A stretch of DNA of 64,000 nucleotides, from contig OZ316892.1 of NCBI GenBank assembly GCA_973895155.1, positions 21,391,619 through 21,455,618 of the forward strand, in the 5' to 3' direction. The notes beneath the pieces are model-generated. The model searched no databases. It worked only from the letters and a program-made list of their open reading frames with translations, and was not told where the DNA came from. The stretch comes from Marsupella aquatica (lineage: Eukaryota; Plantae; Marchantiophyta). Below, piece by piece: positions 37,643 to 51,444 of this stretch (position 1 is the stretch's first letter; each line of letters starts with the position of its first letter). The position numbers and the translations under genes were made by a program.

Positions 37643-40600
37643 CTGCCCATCAATGTGAAAATTAATCACATGTCAAAAATCTTTCCCACCCATATTAAGT
37701 ACCCTAAATACAATATGTCAAGATTGGAACCTAGTTTACACTAAGCAAATAATTAAAAATAATGACTGTGCATCTTACCTAAATGATATCCGCGCTGAAC
37801 AATGCCTACTAGGATCTTGGCCTTAGAATATATGCTAAGACAATATCCGAAATGTCTGCACAATTAAAGGAATACCATCAGAATTTATCTATACATATGT
37901 CCCCATAGAATCATATCCACTATATATTGTGGCCATCAATGAAAAAAGTTTAGCCAAATATATACTTAAAGTGCTCACCTCCAAATGATAAAGGGAGTAC
38001 ATCATACCTTTCGGATGCACGGCCTATCGCAATGCATAATGCATTGCAAAAATGGACCTACAAAAATACAAACAAAGAGAACGACCCAACCCTCCGCAAA
38101 AAAATACTGCACAATACACGCACATGAGGTTAACTTTGTTTGGCCCCCAAAATTAAATCCACATACAAGGTGGACAAATTTGTCAAAACTTTTAATGTGA
38201 GTGGATCAATGATCATACCATTCAACCCCAAAAGTATGTTGTCATAAGGGGGACGTTACCGCACCTACAACCGGCTTTTATTCAAGAACCCCACCGCCCA
38301 AACAAAATCCGGCTACTCAACCAGGCCTACAATTACAATGCAAGTTTTCACATCAACTAAACTTACATTTCCTTACCACATCCCCAGCCCCCCCCCCCCC
38401 CATTGACTAACTTATTATAAATCCATCCTTAAAGGCATAAAAAATAATGGACAAGCTAAGTCCGATCATATTGGAAGAGGGGTCCGATACTTTAAGCATC
38501 GCTATTTCCGATCCCGTTTTCGATAGTTGAAGTATCAGATGTTCCGATTCTTAAAAAGTCAGATGGAGACACTAGTAGAAACCGGGGCAATTTAGACCAT
38601 ACCTTATAGGACTATGCCCACTAAGTCCTTTTTCCATACTTAAAACGACTCGCACCCATTGCACCGGTTTTGTTGAAGACTAGAAAAGACTATGAGAGTT
38701 TTATGGTTCACTAAAAGACTATGAGAAGTAACCTTGCTACTTTGTGAAGGGTGAATAGTCTAGCACATCATGGGTAATGTTCACTCTATGTTGAGGAGGG
38801 GTAATTCTCCTTCATCTTTGAGCCGAAAGCACCGGCGTCTATCGAGTGCCAAAGAACTGCTGGAGATCGAGCAAATTCACACTCTCAGATGTGGGTCGTG
38901 TCAAATTGTTTCCTCCATTGATGGCAGCCTTCTGTGAGATTGATTTATACTGTGTGGCTATCTGGGAGTTTTGTCGACTCATTTGACACCGATACTCCCG
39001 TGATTTCCTCATACATAGTGCCACTGCCCCCCCCGCACTGTGTTCAATCCCTATAGCTTATAGCTGCACCACTCTTGGTGGCCCTTGCTCATGCCTTGGT
39101 TTTTTTTCTTTTTCCCATTATAGTATACACCCCCTTCTTACTGATTAGGTGGATTAATTCAGTACTAGACAATGCTTTGACACTTTACACTTACACTATG
39201 CTGACCTACCGCGCCTTCTAGTGCTTATTCCCTAGTTGTTACTTGTTGCATGGACCACTAGAAGAACGGCTTCGCAATCTTTGCCTGATCTGATGACCCT
39301 GGTTGAGTAACTCTTTGTTATTGCCTCCTTTGGGCGTTGAGGTTTTATGATGCCGTTTGGCCTGCTGGTTCCCCCATCCGTGGGGTTCACGCAGAATAAA
39401 TGTAAAATTTCAAACAAAAAAAAAATTCTATAAAGAGGGTGATAGCAAGGGGCATAACTCATTAAATGTCCTTATTTGTGACCAAAAAGGTTTTGGGTTT
39501 AATGAAGTGGGGTTCATGGAGGTTGGACCATGGAGGGATGGTCAAGATATTCTTGGCCATTACTAAATCCATCTATAAAAGGTCGAGATGCACAAAGGTA
39601 GATTTGTACCGGTCCTTTTTCATACATTAGAGCTAGGTCACATTCTTGCACCGGGAATATTGCATTTTAGGACCGGATATAATGTTGGGCAACCTTAATC
39701 CTGATTATAGCGTGCAATAAAATGTCACTACCGACCATGTATGTGCAAATATGACCATTCATTGCCTAAGTTGGCCATGCAGTAACACTTTGTAGCTTTG
39801 TCCCACTTTGGGTGACACTCAACGGCTCACTCAAATGGTAAGGCTGAGTGGCTTCCCCTAATTCGGTTTCAGGCACTAAACTTCACTTTGGGAGTCTCTT
39901 TGGAGTTTTCGCCATTGTCATTGAACTTAGAACGTGAGGGGTGGAGTGTTTGGGGTTTTACGTAGGGTTTTCCTTTCAGTGTTGCCCACTTTTTGCGACC
40001 ATTGCGGAGTGAACTTCCCGCGCGTTATGTTCTTGTTTATGCTCTCGAGGAGCAGTGTTCAGGCAGTTGCGGTGATCTAACCTTGCGCTTGCAGTCTACT
40101 CATAGACCTGCATTCCTGCTCGATCTCCTTTAGGGACATTTAGTTTTCGGCTGGTAGGGCGAAGAAGGTTGTGGCTGCTGCAACGTTCGTGAGGAGCTTG
40201 TCGGAGTTTGAGGAGTCGGAGGTTGGGGTTTCTTCAAGGTTTTGGGTGACAATCTTGGTCACGGTTGTGGTATAGACCCTTTTGCTGCACCCATAACGAG
40301 CATCGGGAGGCCGTGAGGCTCATTGGGAGGTCCTTCAGTTGTCAAGCTGCCGTTGAGCTGGTGAAGCTGCATGCGGGTTGCATCTGTTCTGCAGACACAG
40401 TCAGTGTGGAAATCCGTATTTTCATAGTGCTTGTTCTTGCAACTGGGAGCCGAGAGTTTGGAGTCGGGAGCTAAGAAGGGTATTGTTAGGCTTCAATTAC
40501 TCTGTGGTTTTCTCCAACTCCATGGTACAGTTTCAATGTTAATGCTTTGTCCTTGTGCTGGTCTAGGTAGCGCGAGCTTCTACCTATTGCACCCTCTTGC

Positions 40601-43600
40601 TGTAAGCGTATTGAGCTGCCAACTGAGTGATTCATACCTGTAGCTGCTTACGCGTGATCAAGAGATTGGACAAATGCCCTCGGGGGTTTCACTTCCACAA
40701 AAATGGCATATCACGTGCGACGAAGGATAGGGTTGATTTATTGGTTCTAAGGGAAGACTTAAGAATTTTTGCAGAAGAACAATAGGGTCTTTTAAATTCA
40801 ATTTTGAGACTTATAAGAACATTAGTGTCATTTTAATCTAATTTTTGGAATATTCCAAGAATATTCCAACTTTATAGGGGTTAAAAAATAAATATTTTTT
40901 CTTACATTTTAGGGGGTCCAAGGCCTAAAAACGTCACAGGTGATGGGGAGGTCCCCATATAGTGAGACCCCCGAGCAAATGCCTAGTGCTATCTAGCAGG
41001 AGAAAACTCTTTTTGGTCACGATCGGGCGTTGGAATATAACTAAGTGCGGTAGAGCAACACGGGGAGCTGTAGAGTTGCAGACAAGACGCAACTACAGAG
41101 GAGGCATTGGGAAGGACACAACGGTGCGGTGAAGGTACAAGGACCGTGGACCCTAACTTGTTTGCTGCCTTGGGAGGATCCGGAGAGCCCAAGGCGACAT
41201 GCTTCATTGAGCCTGAGCTAGCTGAATCCAATCCAGGAGTTGTTGCGCCAAGGTGAGACTTTGAGTTTAGGGTTGCTTCAGTGTCCGAGTAGGTTTTCTC
41301 TTTGCGTCGGCAGCTAGAAGGTAAGCTCGGGGGCTTTACAAAGGGTTAGTGTTGTAGACTTTCCCTCCTGGACGTTGCGTGTCTTCATTTGCAACTTGTT
41401 TGTGGACCTGTGATCCTGAGACTGTCAAAATTGTTGTGGCCGCACCGACAACTTGATGACGCATTTTGTGGATGCACCCTTAGTAATCACGAGTACAGCT
41501 CTCCAACGATTGCACTTACCATTTTTGACCACCTTGCATGATGTCCATCCGTGGGCTGGACCCCAAGAAGTAGATTTTGGTAGATTTTGGTAGATTTTGT
41601 CTCTGCCCCCGGTCCTCATTTTGTGCAATGTCTGCTTGGCACTTGGTTCTTGATCCCTACATTGTCGTCTACCGCTCGGCTGCTTGCGGAAGGGATCAAA
41701 CAGATTGGAGGTGCTTGGTCTTGACATTCATTTTGGGTTGAAGAGTTTAGGAGGACAGCTTGCACCATCGCCGACAAGAATGACCTGCTTGTAGAACAAG
41801 AGGGACGAGCGTGAGCTGCTTGAAAATAGGAGATTAAGGGTGAGCACAAGCTGCTTGCAAAATAGGAGACTGAGGGCAAGCTGCTTCTTTGTTGCTACTC
41901 TGGCTGCGTTGCTACATTGGTTGTTGATCTTCACCCACCCACTTGCCTACTCAATTGACAGAGTACAGCTTTGTCTCTGCGTTTGTTATTTCTATCTTTG
42001 TCCCTCCCCTTGAAATTGTGGGCCTTAAAAGGTCAATAAGTTGGCTTATGTAGTTTTTATGTCCCTCCGCTATGTCAATGCGTGTTTCATTGCATCAGGG
42101 CATCGGTCGCCGTTTGCCTATAACCGGATTGTTCATTCTTTGTCCACTCATTTGATGTAATTCTTCCCGTTGCCGCCCAATGCTATGGCGCCCATGCCAC
42201 AATTTGTGGTTTTTGTCTAAGCACAAATCCTCTCTGTGCCTAGTCTCTGTGTCCCGTCATTTGGATTGATTGTTCAGACATTTCCTCTTCTCCCAGTCCT
42301 TGTCATCCACCAGCCAAAGCACATTGGATTGTTTTCAAAGGAGGGCTGTGTAGTTCAAAGGGTTTGATCTGTGCAACGGATTTGAGCAGATTGGCGGTTG
42401 TTAGTTTTCTTCTTGTAAAACCTGTCTGTCTTTCTTTTCTGCTTTCGGCCATGTCCTTCACTTCTTGCTGCAAGCTCAATGTGCTTCAGCTATGGCAATA
42501 TTCACTTACCCTGTCCCAACGCCACTGCCGTGAGCTGCAGGACAGCCATTCAACAAAAGCTGTGTACAGATTGCATGTAAGTCAGGGTATTTTATGGTTA
42601 GCAGAACAACTGTCCAAGTATGCTGCAGTGGTCGGTCTTGCGCAACTCAATGAGCCAATTTTATTTTCCCTGTGCACTTCTATTTCTCAGAGAATGCCCT
42701 GGTCATGCTCATTTGCCCCAGAGTTAGAAAACAAAGAAGAAGAGCTGACTGATTGTAATTCCAATCCATATCCTGATCGGTCAAGGATTGTTCACTACAT
42801 TGGCCTTGTCATTGGCCGAGGTCACCAAATTTTGCTTGGTTTCATTCCTGTGGAGCACTGCTGTGATGGATGAATAGTTGTCGTAGCATTCTGCAAACTC
42901 TCACGGTTTGCTTATGGCCATTATTTGCAATTTGCTGCTACTAATATGTCTTCTTCTGAGCAGCATACACCGGAAGTAAGCAATAGTGGAGGTTTAACTA
43001 CACATCAACACATCCAGTGAACTACCTCTCTGCTGCTCACTGGAGGGTGAGACTTTCACTCTTTCTGGATATTGTAGTTTGTAAGCAAGTTGATTAGGAG
43101 TGTTTCATGCTATGTTTACACTGTGACCCCTAGCTGGAACCAATGGAATGACACAGTGAGTGGGAACTGATAATTTAAGGTTGGTTGCTGTTGGTGAGGC
43201 AAGTACAGCTCCTGCTCACCTTGCTGATCGAAGGTGCTTATCAGAGGACGTGAACACACGACACTCCACAAAAGCAACACTTATGGTGAGGACCCGCAAT
43301 GCTGAACATGTGCGGCTTGCATGCAAGGTAGAGATGTTGCGCCTTGAGTATATCAGACTTGGGATCCTTCCAGCCCAGTCTGCATGGTACTTTGAGTACC
43401 CAGTTGTTGCCAGGAACAACTACAGCCGCCCTGTACCTGCTTCTCCACCCTTCCCAACATCCTTGGTATTTTTGTCTCTTGTACATGACCCGCCACAAAT
43501 TAGGGCCCAAGGGTGTGTGCACAGTTGCCAGTATGACTGTCCTGCCTGTAGGGCTTCTGGCCTAGAGTTGGATAACCGTTCTCTTGGATGTCGGTTTTTT

Positions 43601-44399
43601 CACAGAGCACAATGTATCATCTGGAACCACTCGCCATCCTACAGTGTGTCTGGCGATGTCACTTGTCCTGCCCTCCCAGACCCCACCACCGGTCACTTTG
43701 GTGTCTACACATGTTTGGATCACACGCTGTAGAGGACCACTTGTCACACCGCATGCACAGACCAGAGACCATTGACCTATAACTTAACACTTTGACTTGA
43801 ACAGAGAGGATATTTACTTAAGATTTTGAATTATGAGCAATTTTGGGTCCAGGGTTTACGGTCAACAGTACATAACTTATCCTATTATGGCTGCACTAAG
43901 TACAATATCCTAATTTAAGAGGCTAGCAAGCTCACTTAAAAGTCTCATTTCAAAGACTGGAATTAATGGGCCATGTGATGTCCTGGAAAAAGTGATTTAT
44001 GCCTAACTTATTTGTCTCATTCACTATCATAGCCTATTTAGGATGTATAAATTACAACCCTGATCACACTGCTTGATACCAATCCTGTTCAAAAAATGCC
44101 TGTTTTACATGTCACGACTGTTATATGTGATTCAAATGCATTAAATCTTGTTGTAGATCTCCTTTGGTGAATCATAGCCACAAAATTGAGGTGTAGGTGG
44201 AGCTATTGTACGAGGGGATCAGTTTTTAGTGTGGGCTCAACAAACCAAAAAGTATGTCTACTCTGCACATGTGTGTGAACATTTCATTGCAGTAGCAATT
44301 GCCACTCTAGTCTATATGCTACACTGTACTTTTTGTACACTGCTAAATTGTATTGTCTGTGCACTCTGCTAAATTGTACTATCTGTCTCATGCGTAGGC

Positions 44400-45080
44400 A
44401 TGGCACGCCCTAAAATCCAAGCCAAGAAGCGGGGGACAGAGGTGAGCAACATAGGTGTAGTTGGGCTAGATGGTAGTAACTTCTCCGCAAGTCAGATTTT
44501 CCAGAAGGCAGCTCATTGTTGTGCCATTTGTGACGATGGTGGGGGCTTAGCCATATGTGAGGGCCCTTGCATGAGGCATTTCCACCTCAACCCGGAGTCT
44601 GACCTTGCTGCAGAAAACAACTGTCCAGGGGTGGGCCTCCCGTCAGCACACCAAGGAGGCTGGATGTGCACTGATTGTTTGGAGAAGCAGGCTAAGTGTG
44701 CATAGTGTGGGAAGTTGGGGTCTTATGAGGGCTCTGTTGATGCTCCACCACTTGTTAGGAAATGCCCTGACAGATATTGTGTGAGGTTCTTTTGTTTTTC
44801 ATGTTTGCCCGATCTTGCCACAGCTTGCCCACTTCATAAGTGCAAGGCATGTGGTCAGCACGATGAAGATTTCTGGGTGGACATAGTCCACTGTGTTAGG
44901 TGTCCCACCATGTGGCACTTTCATTGTTTGAAGGAGCGTCAAGCAGAAGGCTATGCTTGTGACAGACACATCTATCATCACTCTGCACATGGTGTTGATC
45001 AATGGATCTTCTATTGTCATCGCCATGCCATAGATCCTACTTTGCACACTCCCATGAGAGATCACATTTCTTGGCTTTGA
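44400..45080 (+). pseudogene. EDM2-like composite PHD-finger protein (one TAG at 44703)
   Basis: CAICDDGG.L.ICEGPCMRHFH, WMCTDC, ACPLHKC, CVRCP..WH..CL and FYCHRHAIDPTLHTPMRDH follow the pattern I recall for the EDM2 PHD region. Confidence 0.82.
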
Positions 45081-45680
45081 ACCCGAATAATGTACATGCA
45101 TAGTGCACCTGATGTGGATACCTTGGAGATTGCAGACATTCCAATTTTGAGAAGAAGGACCTCTGTAGGAGAGGATGCTTAGGCAACAAGTACCCTAAGT
45201 TCATTACTTGTTCCTGGGTACATGCCTTCAAAAACTCCCCTTAAGCCTTCTAGGAACTTTTTTAACTCTGCAATCATTTTGATCACGACTTACATGACAA
45301 TCTACTTAAATTAAATCAGGACTTCTCATTATGAGCATATAAGTTACAAGGCTATTTAATTTGCGAGAATTCCCTTAAAGTGTACCAACATTTTGTATTC
45401 TCATTGAATGTCTACCCATTTACAACATCTGTATGTGGCATCACAAAACAATTGCACTTGTCACCTTCAATATTGTGAAGGCACATATTCAAACTATGAG
45501 GTGCATGCTTGCAGGTGTCTAGTACGTTTGTCCCAATATTTCTCCCGTTTGGAATCGGAGCAGAGACTCACCAGACGACTGGACTGGACCAAGTTATAAA
45601 CGCAGCATTTTAAGGGCCCTCCGATTATCAGGTGAACGCATTATCTTCCGGTCTGCAGTGATTAGGTGGCCCGTGTGTAC

Positions 45681-46529
45681 ATGGCCTCTAGGAAACGTAC
45701 AAAGGTTGACCACCCGCCTCTGTTGGCTGGAATCAAAGCCATTTTGATTCCTGGCCACTATGGGTTCACCCAAGTGAGTTGGCCAATCGTACAAAAACGA
45801 TTCTCAGAGTTCCATGGGACTGAAGTCAAGGACATCACTCCACAGACTACACATGTTGTTGCGGGGACATGGCTGGATGTGATGAACAAGTGGTCATAGT
45901 CCTTCATTGATTCTGCCATTACCAACCAAGGTCTAAAAGTAGTTGAAGTCTCTTGGCTGACCGATTCTGTTCAACATAGGTGTGTATAGAGTACTGAGCA
46001 ATATGAGTTGTGGGAGAGTGAGGAGGCCACTGCAGAGGCTTTGGCTGAAAAGGAAGCCTATGAAGCAGCGGCAGAGAAACCCAACTTTGCTTCTGTCCAA
46101 TATGGACCTGTTGTCAACATAGGACACCATCCTATGCGTGCAGATGCTATATTGAATGAGCATGGCAAGGAGAGAAATACCATTATGAAGGGGTTCAGTG
46201 TGGTATTTGCAGAAGAAGGAATTGGGGAGACTAAGTGCAGACTGTACAAGTCCATAGTTGTTGAGCTAGGTGGGACAGTGGAGGAGAGTCTAACAGAAAC
46301 CTCCACTCATGTTGTAGGTCTGTCATACATGAAAATATGCAGAAAATTCTTTAAGACAATAGTGCGTCATTTTGTCATGAACAACAATCTTTGGGTGCTT
46401 TCCCCTGATTGGCTTCTGGAATCAGCAGCTAGAGGGAAGCGACAGAATGCTTGGGACTTTGATATTTTTGAGGCCTGGCCCTCCAAGATTCAGCGGAGAT
46501 GTATGCTTAGCAAAGGTGGGAGAGAGTGA
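45681..46529 (+). pseudogene. Tandem BRCT-domain protein (two premature TAG codons)
   Basis: One frame containing two repeats of G...THVV...W(L)xxS (TTHVVA..VSWLTDS; LGGTV..STHVVG..PDWLLES). Confidence 0.78.
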
Positions 46530-46669
46530 GGAGTAGGAGTCCCTCATATTTTTGTATAAATCACAATTTTGTAATAAATGTGATCCTTGAACTAACTCAT
46601 CTTGTCATGGTTGGTCGCAGTTGAAGTGATTGTTGTTTCCTGCTGCGTGGGGTGTGACTGTGAATCTAC

Positions 46670-47240
46670 TTGCTGGGCTCTGTTTGGCTGAAGACTTTGG
46701 TGGGTATGCTGCCTCTTCCAGACCGTCAGGCCCTATGTAGGGTCCTCCTACGGGTTGCATCGTGCATGGCTACTGCTTGGGCTTACTTGTGTGGATTGGT
46801 AACCAGACAGAGTGTAGCTCCATCCGAGATAATGCCTGCAGACCTTGGATGTGTTGTGAATGCTGTGGTGAATGAGGATGCACAGTCCGAAGAGGACATT
46901 TACTTTTCAGCAGATGAGTTAGACAAGCACGATGCTGTAGGTGGTTCCTTGTTGCCTGATTTGGCAGATGATATAGTTCTTACACATGTTTGGCCGAGGG
47001 TTCTTGTGGTGTTTGGCGCACAAGATATCTGCAAATATAGACTAATTAGTACCTAGTGGAGGGACTTGGTAGCAACATGTGCACCATGGAGGGCACTATT
47101 GCCACTGCTTGTAGGCACGGATTGAAGACCACCATGGCATGAGCAGGGTTTAGACCTTGATGACTTAATGTACATGCCTGAGTACCTCAGGGCTGAGTGG
47201 CATCGACAACAGGATTGGTATCCGTATTTGATGTGGTAGT
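46670..47240 (+). pseudogene. Small F-box-like protein
   Basis: SLLPDLADDIVLTHVWPRV..ICKYRLIST*WRDLV fits the F-box consensus; start uncertain. Confidence 0.62.
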
Positions 47241-47570
47241 AAGATGAGGACATCTCACACCGGTCTCGCACCTGGCACCTGTGTCTATGACTATACATGA
47301 TTGGACTCTGATATGGTCATGGATGTACGTGCAGAGGCAGTACATGTGAGGACAGCGGAGGAGTTGACACCCTCAAACATTTAGGAATTTTGTCTCATTC
47401 ACTTGAGAATAGGTACATGACTCAGGCACCTATATTTTTTGTTTTTTTGTTTTTTTGGAACGTTATGCTACGTATTTTGGCAAGTACAATCGGGGGTGAA
47501 ATCCTTAACAGGAAGTGTATTTTTCACTTGCATAATAAAATGACAGGGTGCTGAGTGCGTGTGTATAGTG

Positions 47571-50500
47571 ATGGCTCCAAGGTTGCCTCTTCACAACCCA
47601 TTTAGGATTAGGCATCATGATTCTAAATTGTGGATGCGTGAACAAGCCCGGGCCGCCCAAGGTAGGAGTAGGAGGATGAGATGCCCATGCACACAGTGCC
47701 AAGGATTCAAGTCGTTGAGTTTGAACACTGTGCACCTTCACCTGCTGCGGCATGAAAGGCACCCTTGGTGGAGGGTTTGGAATGTACCAGCAGAAGAAGA
47801 CTCCTCTGATGAAGAGTGGAGAGCTGACTTTGTGGATTCTAATACAGCTAGGCGTAGAGACTATGTAGAGCAGGACATAGACTGTGCAGAGGATGGTCTT
47901 GGGGTCCAACATGAGAACGTGGATGACCAAGATGGAGATGCAGAGGCAGTCACTGAGGACGGTGGGATGGATGTCCCAAGAATGGTTCAAGAGATTTTTG
48001 AAGACCTTGATGCTTTTTACGACACAATGGAATCAGAAGAGGACAATGAACCGCAGCCACACATTGGAGACGGCCAAGCTGAACCTGACTTTGACATTGG
48101 GGAAGGTGCAGCAGAGAGGGAGTGGGTGTTTGGGGGCCCAAAACACATCAAAGAAGCTTGCATTCCTATCTACGAGGGGTCGAACTGCTCCAAGCTGGGT
48201 TTTGTCGTGTTGTTGTTGAACATCTGTGGCAATCACAATGTTCCCAATATATTTGTGACAGAGTTGTTGACCTTCCTGCGCCAAAATGTGTTACCAGATG
48301 GTAATTCAATTCCAAAAAATATGTACGAGGCTAGGAAATTGATGTCTAACCTTGGGCTGAACTATGTGTCTATTGACGCATGCCCTGATGGGTGTGTTCT
48401 CTTTCGCAAAGAGCATGCAAATAAATTGACATGCCCTCATTGTGGTAAGCACAGGTACAAGAATGTAGGGAAATGTACACACCCTGCCAAGGTTCTTTGT
48501 CATTTTCCTCTCATTCCTAGACTACAACGTCTGTTTAGATGCCCTGCCATTTCCAAGCTGATGACATGGACTCCTGATAACAAGAGCAGTGATGGCCTGC
48601 AGCGTCACATTGGAGATTCCAACCATTGGAAAGTTGTTGATGAGAGGTGGCCACAATTTGCTGCAGAGAAGCGGAACTTTCGATTTGGTCTATCACTGGA
48701 TGGAGTAAACCCATTTGGAGACAAAAACAACCGTTATTCATGTTGGCCGGTTACGCTGCTAAATTACAACCTTCCCCCATGGATGACTACAAAGAGGTTT
48801 TTTGTCATGATGGTCCTGTTAATCCCTGGACCAGCTTCTGTGACCGAGAAATTCATAGATATCATGTTGGCTCCAGCAGTGGAAGAGTGGAAGACTTTGT
48901 GGATAGAAGGGGTGTTAACCCATGATGTTTTGAAGGGGCTTCTTCGACCCAGCCCCTTTAGACTGCATGCAATTTGTTTGCTGGATATAGCAGATTACCC
49001 AGGCCATGGCATCATATCTGGATGAGTGACAAAGGGCTATGTGGGGTGCACACCATGTGGGAAAAATGTGACAAGTGAGTGGTCGCATGCCCTGCATAGT
49101 ATGAAATTTCAGGGGCATAGAAGGTATCTGCCTGCTGATCATCCTTACAGGCACACACGGTCTCAAATTGCACACTTCAACAACAAAACAGAGCTTCGTG
49201 GCCCACCACAGAGGGTCACCAGAGAGCAAGTCCTGAGGTGGGCAGCCAGGAAGGCTGATTGGGACAAGAGAAGTGCCACTGATCGAGAACCTGAGGATCC
49301 AGTGGTGAAACACGGTGTGAAAAGACAGACCTTGATGGACTTGGACTTGGAGTACTGGAGGGTAATGTACTTAGCCTCCAGCCCCTGTATGATTGCAATT
49401 TTAGATTGGAGCAATGGTGGATTGATGTTGGTTACAATCCTCCTATGTGGTTAATTAGTGTTTCTGTTGCTGAATTCTTTGCTTTGTGGAGTGTAGGAAT
49501 TCGAGCCTAGCAAACACAATGTGGACGTCATGCACATTGAGAAAAATATTTGTGAGAGCTTGCTGAAGTTCTTGTCGGGTGAGAAAGATACAGGAGCAGT
49601 TTGAGCTGATATGCAACAGAAGGGGATTCGCCCTCACCTTTGGTTGAAGCCCCATGCAAGCAATCCCAATGTACTTCTCAAGTTCCAAGCTCCCTATGTG
49701 TGCACACGGGAAGAATGGAAGACATTCTTGTATAGATTGAGCTGTCTGAAAGTGCCCTCTGGCTATGCTGGTGCCTTCAAGAAGCATATTACAAAGAATA
49801 AACTTGGCAGTATGAAAACACATGACTACCATGTGTTGATGCAGCACATTCTACCCCTATGCCTCAGAGGTCTCATGCAGAAACCAGTCCGTAATGTCAT
49901 TCTTCGACTGTGCAATGTATTTCGCCGTATATGTGTGAAAGTGTGGGATCCCCAAGGATTGGAGCAGTTGAAGCAGGATGCTGCTTATGTCCTCTGTGAC
50001 TTGGAGATATACTTCCCCCCTACTTTCTTTGATGTTATGACTCATCTCCTAATCCATGTGGTAGAAGAGCTAGGGCAGTATGGGCCAGTCAGTACCAGAT
50101 GGATGTACCCTATGGAGCGATACATGAAGTTGTTGAAAGGTCATGTGAGAACATACTACAGGCCAGAGGCTTCCATGGCATTGGGGTACATTAAGGATGA
50201 GACGTTGGGGTTCCTAACAAAGTACATGGCTGGGTTTGGTGAAGCTATGACAAGAGTTTGGAAATCTGGTGAAGATGATGGAGTGTGTGGCGAGGTTGTT
50301 GAAGGTGTGGGACGTGCTGTTCAGCTGCCTGTTGCGATTTGAGACAAGGCTCATTCATATGTGCTGGCAAACACAGAGCCTATGCAACCATGGTGGAGGT
50401 GAGTGATTGAATTGACTTGCCTTTGTTGTGATGCTTCTTGTCTGTTCCAAGGGTGATCTTAGGTTGTCATGTGTTGTTTAGACCTAACTATGCCTGTACC

Positions 50501-51271
50501 TCATATTGCAGGGAATATGATATGCAAAAAGTTGCACACTCTGGGCAGCAGGATCCCTTCCCACAGTTCGAGCAGTGGATTCGGGTGACAATTCGAGAGC
50601 ATAGTAGACATCACCCAGATATGGAGAAGGATTTGTATCTTCTATCTGTGCCACCACGATTGTCTATTCTGACCTACAAACGGATGAGAGCTTATGGAAA
50701 TCATTATCGAGTGAGGGATGAGTAGGGTGACCATTGTGTATCATATGATTGTGGTTTGATTTCTGTGTTTGAGCAGAGAACCTCTGAAGAACAGAGGGGG
50801 TGGATGAAGATGGGTTACGTGGGGGAGGTGACCGACATTTGGGTGTTGAATTATGGTAACACAAGTGACCCAGTGATATTGATGAAGGGATCATGGGTGA
50901 AATCAGAGTGGCAGAGACCAAGGGCCACCATGAAGCGTGATCATGATGGGTTCTTGTTGGCCAATTTTAGGTCCAGAGTACCAGAATGGTCTGAGCCTTT
51001 TGTTTTCCCTAGCCAAGTTGAACAGGCTTTCTTTGCAGATGTGGAGGAGTCACATGGCTGGAGGGTGGTATGCCATAGCCAAGCACGGAACAGGCGGATG
51101 GATGGAAGTAAAGTAGAGTTCAGTTTGGATGACCATGCTGCATTCGAGCATCCTAGTCACGAGACTGTACTTCCAACTCAGGCAGGGACTGACTACATCC
51201 CCTTAACATTGAGAGAGACATATGATGAACCTGGGCAAATGGAATATGATGAGGTTGATGATGTGCAATAG
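47571..51271 (+). pseudogene. CACTA C TnpD transposase with a few stops, two introns
   Basis: CPCTQC, IDACPDGCVLF, FPLIPRL, FGLSLDGVNPF, YNLPPW, ADYPG, DVMHIEKN, KTHDYH, WMYPMERYM, EPFVFPSQV; introns at ~49362-49496 and ~50399-50511. Confidence 0.95.
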
Positions 51272-51444
51272 GCAACAGCTGGTGATTGGCAAGTATGAGG
51301 TTGAGGATGACTACCTGCACAGAGTCACAGAACGGGAATTGCTATCTGGAATGATGTTTAGGATAGTTGGATATGCATGAAATTGATTGATACTTTGAAT
51401 TTAGTGTGCTAATTCTCTCTGTTTGGTTGTGGGTGCTGTGCAGA

